A stretch of DNA of 64,000 nt from the human T2T-CHM13v2.0 reference genome, Homo sapiens: assembly GCF_009914755.1 (NCBI RefSeq), contig NC_060937.1; one strand, given 5' to 3'. The position numbers and the translations under genes are program-made. Every line of letters starts with the position of its first letter. The stretch's first letter is position 1. Under the pieces are notes generated by a model, which was given only the letters and a program-made list of their open reading frames with translations, made no database searches and had not been told where the DNA came from. Below, in pieces: positions 46,436 through 64,000 of the stretch.

Positions 46436-48137
46436 GTAAAAAAAAAAAAAAAAAAAAAAAAGCAGCCAGCATGTTTTAAAAGTAACATCAGAGGTCAAGC
46501 TAAGTAAGCTTTGATTGCTTCCATAAAGAGGTTATAAACTCAGTGTACTCTCAGTGCTTTTATTATGCATCATAGCCCTGTTTAGACTATGGAAGTTTGC
46601 TTATGCCCTTTTGTTGTACTTTTAATGTTTTATCTTTTAACACCTTCATTCATAGCAGCCATACTACTTTTGTGGTCACCTAATCCTAGTTCTATCCTAG
46701 GTAAATGGTTCATTTCAGAGACACTTTGAGTTTTTTAGGTATTCTAGTTATTTGGCTAAGAGACACTATTCATTTAAAAATAGGCCTTGCATTATAATTG
46801 CAATTCACTGTGTCCATATGGTCAAAATTATGAGTCTTGTATATTTATATGGGTGAATATGTAGTGAATTAGCCTTTTGTGGACAATTAGCAGATTTTAC
46901 TAGTAGAAGGCAGATATTTACTACTAGAAGGAAGTTCCAGATGAAAGACCTTATTTAACTAGACTGCATCTATCTTGTCATTGAATTTAGGCTTTAAACT
47001 GGGAAGGTTTTGTGAATAATTCTTCCATATCAAATCCGTTTTCCTTAAACCAGGCATATAGCAGATCTCAGTTGTTGATCTTACCTAGTGGTTGCAGTCA
47101 TCAACATGTGATGGTATTCCTCTAATAAAAACAGCTTTCAATTAAGGTTTTAAGCAGAGTACCAGTTAAGTTAATTGGCATTGTGTTCATTAAATAAGAA
47201 CAGTTGTAGCCAGACTTTGTTATCCTGGACATTGGTAATTAAAAGGTGGGAAAGTTGTTTGGTTCCTTGAGGATAAAGCCATATGTTCATCTTGAAAGGA
47301 AAAAGGATTTAGGCATTCCTGGAGAATTAGGAATAGATGAGAGTCCAACTATTATCAATTATATGCATTGAGACATTCCATTATGCTGCCCTTTGAGCAA
47401 ATAAATTTTACCATTTTATATTTAAATGGATTTTTCCTATTAAATATTACCATAGCCTTGTTTTTCCAAATAGGATACATATTCAAACATACAACAATGC
47501 AGTACAAAGAAAAGAGTTTTTAAAAACTCACTAACTGTTAAGATTTTTTGCAGACCTCTTCTTTAGATCTTTTTTTAAATTACATATTTTGTGCTGCGGT
47601 CTATTTGCCGGTTGTTTTATTTTTTCCCTCAGTGATATATCAAATGTATCTTTTCTTTTAATTAGGGAGATGTATCATTTTTATATGGTAGGAGCAGACT
47701 TTGGAGTCAAGCAGAATTTCCTCTTGCTAGTTATGACTTTTGATTTTTATTAAAACTAAGTAACATTATGGTATAAATTGCTTATTACGTGACCACACAT
47801 AACAAATGGTGAATAAATGGTAGCCACTGTTATTTTGTCTCTGTACTATAATTTATTTAATCTTTTCCTGGTTAACATTTAGGTTGCTTAGCATTTTTCA
47901 CTGTCGTAAAGAGTGCGGCATTAAGCATCTTTATGCATGTATCTTTTTACACTTATTTTTCTCTGTAGGTTCAGTTTCTGGAAGTTACAGTATAAAAGTG
48001 TGAATATATTTTATATTGATAGCTAATACCACATTGTCTCCAGAAATGGACTGATGTACATTTTCATTAGAACAAAAATAAGTTTATTAACCCGTTTTAG
48101 GAGTAACTAGCCAATCCTTTGGAAAGTAAAGCCATAA

Positions 48138-48835
<698 letters not shown>

Positions 48836-49711
48836 AGTAAATGTTAATTATCTGAATTGTCTTTGTAATTGTTGTCCATTTTTCTATTAGAATGTTTGAT
48901 TTGTAAAGGATCTTTGTTAGGAATATTAACCCTTTGCCATATTTATTGTAAATATTTTTTCATTTGTCTTATATATGTTTTTTCTTTTTATTTTTGTCAT
49001 ACAGAATATCTTAATTTTTATGTAGTCAAATTTAACATTATTTTACTTTGTGTTCTTTTTGTAACTATCTTTGACCTAGTATTTAATAAAAAGGGGGGAA
49101 GGGAGCAGGTAGTGGGGAACAGCTTTACTTTTTTCCCAAATAATTAATCAGTTAATCTAAAAACTTTCTTTTTAAGCATGCTTTCTTTATTTCCTTTTTT
49201 TAATATATATATAGATGTAGGGGGTACAAGTGCAGATTTCTCATATGCATATATTGCATAGTGATGGAATCTGGACTTTTAGTATACCCATTGCCCAAAT
49301 AGTGAACGTTGTACCCAGTAGGTAATTTGAAAACCTCTTTTTTTAATGATCTGTCTTTTATCCTCTGATATGAAATACCAGCCAACCTGAAGTTGGCTCT
49401 GTATCTGGACTATTTTGTTTCAATTATATGCTTGCCTATTTCTATGTCAGTTCCACACTGCTGGCTGTTTTTTTAACCCATAGTTTTAGAATAAGTTTTA
49501 ACACCTGGTAGAACTAAATTCTCCTTTTTCTTTTTATTACAGTTTTCCTTCCCTTACATGTTTATTTTTCCGAATGAACTTTATAATAATGTGTTAAGTT
49601 CTCAAAAGAACCTTATCAGGTTTTTGATTGGAATAACATTAATGTTTTATGCCAGCAACCATAAAAAATAGTAGTTACTATAGCTGCTTTACCCTTCTCT
49701 CATCTCTTTAG

Positions 49712-49888
49712 AAATTTTGGAGCCAAGCATAACACCAGTAACCAGCACTATCCCACCTACCTCGACATCAAATCAACAGAAAGAAAAGAAAGAAAAGAAG
49801 AAAAGAAAAAAAGATCCTTCAAAGGGCAGATGGGTAGAAGGCATAACCTCTGAGGGTTACCATTACTATTATGATCTTATCTCAGGAG
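49712..49888 (+). CDS. WBP4: WBP4 exon 5 (basic NLS-like tract plus WW1 N-part)
   Basis: KEKKEKKKRKK and GRWVEGITSEGYHYYYDLISG; tttag acceptor and gtaagt donor. Confidence 0.96.
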
Positions 49889-50395
49889 GTAAGTCATTTA
49901 GGCATAAAACTGGTAAAGAACAGTGTCACTAGTAGAATAGAACAATTTATTTTATGTTAGGATTTTTATCTAATGTTGGAGCACTTTAAATAGTGAAAGA
50001 CCGGTTTTTCATTTTTGCCCCAAAGGTAAGAAAACTGTGTGCCCTTTAAAAAGGTACCCTTCTCATAGTGACTAAGTGTCATACTTAGTCAAAGCCTTTG
50101 ATAATGACTTTCTTACAAATAAACTATAGCTTTATATTTTCTCAATAGAAACTTCTGTAAGTATAAACTACATGGAAATAAAGAATTTTGCATAGAAATA
50201 AGGAATTTCAAATCCACTTCACAAATTGTAGGGGTACTTGAAATAAAATATTCTACAGTAGAGATTTTCTTCTGGGAGCCAGTAACTGATTTCTTTTTTC
50301 TGTAGCTGCCTTGATTGATTTGATATTGTTACTGAAAAATGACATTGTGTATTTTACTGGAAACTGATACCCAACAGAAAAATACACAGTGCCAT

Positions 50396-51050
<655 letters not shown>

Positions 51051-52676
51051 AAATACACAGTGTCGTTTTACAGTAACAATATCAAAAACATCTTTTTTTG
51101 TTTTTCCTAAAAACTAAATGTATTTGGGGTTTTTACTCCGTATACATTTTGGAATAAATTAATACATTTATTCTACATTTATGTAGCATCTTACTCTCCA
51201 GAGTCATAAAATTTAGCGACAAATAAATAAGCTTGATAAAAGGAGGAATTTTAAAGTGCTATAATAGAAGTGTAATTAAGATTATATGGGAACTCATAAT
51301 AATGTTGAATTCATTGTGATTATGTAGCTTTGAGAGATTACCATAGGAATTACTTTTGAGCTGATCTCTAAATTAAGATAGGGACATCAGGAATGATGCC
51401 TTACTCACCATTGTATTCCTGGCGCCTAACATAGTGCCTAGCACAGTGTAGACACTCTGTGTTTTGATTAAAGAAGACTTCAGTAGATAATTAAGAGGTA
51501 CAGAATCCACACAGAACAATATGAACCCCAAAAAAGGTTTGAAAGTATTGGGAAATAGTGGTCGAGGTAAAACATGCAGTTCTTTGAAGACGTCTTAGTA
51601 GAGTTAGACTGGAAGGTAGATTGGAGCCATCTTATGGAGGGCTGAGAGAATGATGGTGCCATTTACTTAGATACGAGATAAGGAACTGAAAATAAGTTTA
51701 ATGGGGACAATAATGAATTAGATACGTTGAATATGAGGTACCTACAGAATATTCATATGACAGCTTTTGGTAGCTAATTGATGGTTACAGTGTGGAGCTG
51801 AGCAAAATTGAGTCTGGGGATGTAGATAATATGTTAGCCTTTAGGAGTATATGAGATCGCAAGCAGAGAGAATAGAGCAAGAAGTAAAGAAGGTGAGTGT
51901 TACATATATTAAAGGAATGGATAGAAGAAAAGCCAGCAAAAGAAGGTTAAGAATGCTAGGAAGGTAGGAAATAAGATCAGAGAGTTAATCATGAAGAAAT
52001 CCTTGGGCTAACAATCTTACTGTAATGACTATTATCATTAGGATCATAATTACCTTTGGACTATGTAGAAATATTAATCCGTTAGAGTTTGCACTGAGCT
52101 TTAAGTGACATGCATATTGTAGTTTAGCAATGAAGATATCATAAATGATTATGTACTAGCAATTAGAAGTCTTTCTCAAATTTACTTATAAACTGTTATT
52201 TCATTTCTCCCTTCCAATGCTTATTGCTTGCCTCTCTTTTTCAGCATCCTACTTTATATACTCTTCCTCTCCATGATACATGTTTTTAATTTCTGCATAC
52301 TAGTTGTTCCTCTTCTGAGTTCTTATTCAGTTTATCTCTCACTCTCCCTTGCCCCAAGATATCAAAAGGCCTTTGAAACTTATCAGACCTGAATTCTGTG
52401 AAACCTTTATGAGAAGCCCTGCCTGGCTCTAAAATTCCTGTGGAAGTTCCAGTAACTTCTAATCCCTCGTTCTGTCCTTTCTTCTTGGTTACGTAGCATT
52501 CACATATATTGTCTGCACAGTACTGGGATGTATGTTCTGTTTTATTTTTCAAATATGTTTTAAATTGTAGACCTGTAGTGTTTTGTACATAATGACTGTA
52601 AATTTTGTCCAAATTTTTTGGAAAGTATTTTTTTAAAGCAAAAAGATTTTATAAATGCAATATATTTTGCTTTAAG

Positions 52677-52723
52677 CATCTCAGTGGGAGAAACCTGAAG
52701 GATTTCAAGGAGACTTAAAAAAG
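52677..52723 (+). CDS. WBP4: WBP4 exon 6 (ASQWEKPEGFQGDLKK; WW1 C-part)
   Basis: ctttaag acceptor and gtaatt donor; phases match neighbouring exons. Confidence 0.95.
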
Positions 52724-52802
52724 GTAATTGAAGCATATTAATAGTGTTTTTGTTTTATTCTTTACAGTGATTCGTTTCTTAGGTTTTTGTAGAGTTTTGC
52801 TA

Positions 52803-53218
<416 letters not shown>

Positions 53219-53419
53219 TACTGATATCTATCCAAAAACTGCATTCAGGGCAAATATTAGTTGGTTTGCCGTCAGTTGCCATTCACATGTTCCTGTCCAT
53301 TTGGAAGGAATTGTTCCTGGCTTTCAAAGGTGAGACATCCACTGCTTGAAAGTTGGTTCTTTATTAGCAAAAACCAAGCTTCCTGGCCATGATTAGTACT
53401 ACCACCCCTAATACCCAGG

Positions 53420-53829
53420 TGTATTAGTCAGTTCTTGCATTGCTATAAAGAAATACTTCTGAAACTAGGTAATTTATCAAGAAAAGAGGTTTAATTGACT
53501 CACAGTTATGCAGGCTGTACAGGAAGCATGGTGGCATGAGCTTCTGGAGAGGCTTCAGGAAACTTACAATCATAGCAGAAGGCCAAGGGAAAACAGTCAC
53601 ATCTTACATGGCCAGACCAGGAGCAAAGGGAGGTGCCACACACTTTTCAATGACCAGATCTCAGGGTAGCTTGCTCACTATTTCAACAACAGCACCAAAG
53701 GTGGATGGTGTTGAAACCATGAGAAACCACCCCTGTGATGCAGTCACCTCCCACAAGGCCCCATCTCCAACTTGGAGGATTACAAGTCTACATGAGATTT
53801 GGGTGGGGATGCAGATCGAGATGATATCA
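53420..53829 (-). mobile_element. MaLR solo LTR (MST/THE1-type)
   Basis: TGTATTAGT...GATATCA termini and a perfect 5-bp TSD ccagg (53415-53419 / 53830-53834). Confidence 0.92.
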
Positions 53830-53931
53830 CCAGGTGTCAGGAGGAGAGGCAAGGGTGGCTGACTGTCTGAGTTATTCAATAGAAAATCATGGTTATCCTT
53901 AGTTTATGCTGGGTTTTTTTCCTCCTATTAG

Positions 53932-54007
53932 ACAGCAGTGAAGACCGTTTGGGTAGAAGGTTTAAGTGAAGATGGTTTTACCTATTACTATAATACAGAA
54001 ACAGGAG
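53932..54007 (+). CDS. WBP4: WBP4 exon 7 (TAVKTVWVEGLSEDGFTYYYNTETG; WW2 N-part)
   Basis: cctattag acceptor and gtaagt donor. Confidence 0.96.
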
Positions 54008-54381
54008 GTAAGTATTACCTTTGATTATCTTAACTGTTTAAAATTGTACCTGGAACTGCTTATTGGCCTGCTGATTAATCATCTGAACTTGGAAATTTTA
54101 GTATACAATAAACATATTTGTGTAGTAAACATGAATTATTTTTTGTAATTTAAAAACAATACAGTGGAAAAGCAAAAAGATTTATATTCGTATTATGTTG
54201 TGCTGTTCACCAATGTTATTCTCAGTTGATATTGCATTCACAAACTTAAAAATAGAATCATTTTAGCTTTCTCTGACATTACTATTTTTATAATTATTTT
54301 AGAAATATAGTCATTACCTTGGAAGGTAGCTTAGAGATCATCTGGCTCAACTTGCCTTTTCCTTTTTAAAAATAAAACTGT

Positions 54382-56832
<2,451 letters not shown>

Positions 56833-57193
56833 GGAAAGGAAATCTCTGTGATAAGCAAGTTTCAGGAAATCTCTTGTTTGCTCATTATCAATACGTTTCC
56901 TGAAATTGGTGTCAGATAAATTGTGAACCGTTAGAAATATCACCCAGTTCTTAGGTCTCTCATTCCATTGGAGTTATAGTTTACACATCTAGTAAATCCG
57001 GGCTGTTTGAAATCAATTTCTGAAAGATACAAGAGCAAGAGGTTTGAGAACTCTGTTATCTTCTTGATCAAGAGATAGTATGAAATACATACAGTATTGT
57101 CATTTAATAATTGTAAGTGATAAATGTTATGTTGAAATTACATCTGAATAGAATTAATAACTAAATAACATGACTTTAAAATGTGTTGAGCAG

Positions 57194-57387
57194 AATCCAG
57201 ATGGGAGAAACCTGATGATTTCATTCCACACACTAGTGATCTGCCTTCTAGTAAGGTCAATGAAAATTCACTTGGCACCCTAGATGAATCCAAATCATCA
57301 GATTCGCATAGTGATTCTGATGGGGAACAGGAAGCAGAAGAAGGAGGGGTCTCTACAGAGACAGAAAAGCCAAAAATAAAGTTTAAG
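57194..57387 (+). CDS. WBP4: WBP4 exon 8 ([10 protein letters not shown]...KPKIKFK)
   Basis: gagcag acceptor and gtaggt donor; open 194 nt that completes WW2. Confidence 0.95.
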
Positions 57388-57391
57388 GTAG

Positions 57392-57729
<338 letters not shown>

Positions 57730-58169
57730 ACATCAATTTTTGAAAAGCTCTACAGACCTTAAGTCTTCTGATAGAACATAGAAATTAAGACATATTTTGG
57801 CAACTGGATAAATAAAACCGGGAACACTCAGGAGCCCATGAGTCAAAGCAGAGGAGACACATTATTAGCATTGAGCAATGGTTGCGATTGTTGGCCTGAG
57901 AAATGTAGGAAAATCAGAGTTCCTAAATACCTAGTTACACCTAGGATCTTGTCATTGCCTGCAGTTTCTCTACCAACTTCACAAATCTTGATGGAACTTA
58001 GAGTAAGGGTTATGTGCAGTTTACAGAGGAGCAGCAGCAAAGCCTTCGTTGTAATTGCCATCTCACAATGATTATAGCCAGCCAGATTTAGGTAATCCAG
58101 TATCCAACTTAGGATAGAAATGATTAATTTATTTTCGTCAAAATGAATGTGTTCCAACAACAACAACAA

Positions 58170-61360
<3,191 letters not shown>

Positions 61361-61795
61361 TAAAAGATAAATTATAGGAAAAGGAAAAAAATTACAAAAT
61401 ACAGGTAAACAAGGACAAACTCCCTATAATCTTGCCGCCTCCCAGAAGAATTCAACAGAGCCACAATTATAAAGGGAGTCACTGTTGGGTATGCAAGTAA
61501 AGCAAGAAAGCAGAAGAGAGAAGTTAAGAGAGCCCTGTTTATATGTCCTTAATTGTAGAACTTAAGACATTAAGGTGGTGATTTAGGGAGCCTTTGTCAT
61601 GGTATATCAACATTTCAGACATGGAAAACCTAATCAAGCAGTAAAGTTCTATGTATATTTATTGTGTTATGTGCAGATTTGAGTTAGTGAATTATTGTTT
61701 ATAAATCTATAACAATACCTTTAAAAGCCTTAAATTTTATTTTTGTCTTGGTAGTTTTGCTTGAACTGTATTATTTCTTGGCTTTTACATTTCAG

Positions 61796-61959
61796 GAAAA
61801 AAATAAAAATAGTGATGGAGGAAGTGACCCAGAAACACAGAAAGAAAAAAGTATTCAGAAACAGAATTCATTAGGTTCAAATGAAGAAAAATCGAAAACT
61901 CTTAAGAAATCAAACCCATATGGAGAATGGCAAGAAATTAAACAAGAGGTTGAGTCTCA
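61796..61959 (+). CDS. WBP4: WBP4 exon 9 (EKNKNSDGG...NPYGEWQEIKQEVES)
   Basis: tttcag acceptor and CA|gtaagt donor. Confidence 0.95.
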
Positions 61960-62076
61960 GTAAGTACCTGGAGCTTTAATCCCACTGTTATTACAAGTGA
62001 TTTTACATCCCAGTACTTCCCTAAATTGCAGTAAGTAATTTCAAGGATGCTGTGCTTATTAAAAGTATAGCTTGAG

Positions 62077-63560
<1,484 letters not shown>

Positions 63561-63852
63561 CCCCCTTATCCCTTTACTTGTACTGCTTATATATAAGCCC
63601 AAGCATTTTCTTAGATAATGCATCCTTTGTGCAACAGGAATAAATTAATACATAGAACTTCTCCCAGCATTTATCCACCTGAATAAGTGTTCAGTATCTT
63701 AAATAATATTGTAAAGTCAGTATTTTAAAGTAGTTCCTACTCCAAAATGAGCAACTTCTAATGTCATTAGAAAGCTGATCTTGGGGCATTGGTTATATGA
63801 AAACGTTTGTCTTACCCTGTCAAATAGAGTTTTACTTTAACTCTATTTCCAG

Positions 63853-64000
63853 TGAGGAGGTAGATTTGGAACTTCCAAGCACTGAAAATGAGTATGTATC
63901 AACTTCAGAAGCTGATGGTGGCGGAGAACCCAAAGTGGTATTTAAAGAAAAAACAGTCACTTCTCTTGGAGTTATGGCAGATGGAGTGGCCCCAGTCTTC
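63853..64000 (+). CDS. WBP4: WBP4 exon 10, truncated by the window end (HEEVDLELPS...VAPVF)
   Basis: tttccag acceptor; CA|T gives His; open to the window end. Confidence 0.95.

Overview
Primate (almost certainly human) genomic DNA, not microbial. A CpG island at ~41.1-43.3 kb is a head-to-head promoter region. On the + strand is WBP4 (FBP21: matrin-type zinc finger plus two WW domains); its 10 coding exons can be spliced by eye into an uninterrupted 356-codon frame that runs off the window end. On the - strand are non-coding 5' exons that I attribute to ELF1 from recalled gene order, with a ~41 kb first intron. A tRNA-Glu(TTC) gene lies 28 nt inside that intron. The rest is mostly transposon-derived: a full-length but ORF-disrupted L1PA with an open ORF0, a truncated L1PA, an ERV-L pol/dUTPase relic with an MLT2 LTR, an MST-type solo LTR, two MER1-type DNA elements, old L1/L2/MIR pieces and roughly 40 Alus. 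I found no new gene system. The best leads are testable RNA-level hypotheses: an in-frame L1-ORF0/WBP4 fusion, a WW-module swap or stop-free circle of exons 6-7 flanked by inverted AluYs, and a split AT|G start codon that reads AUG-UGA when unspliced. Repeat boundaries are approximate and subfamily calls are by eye.
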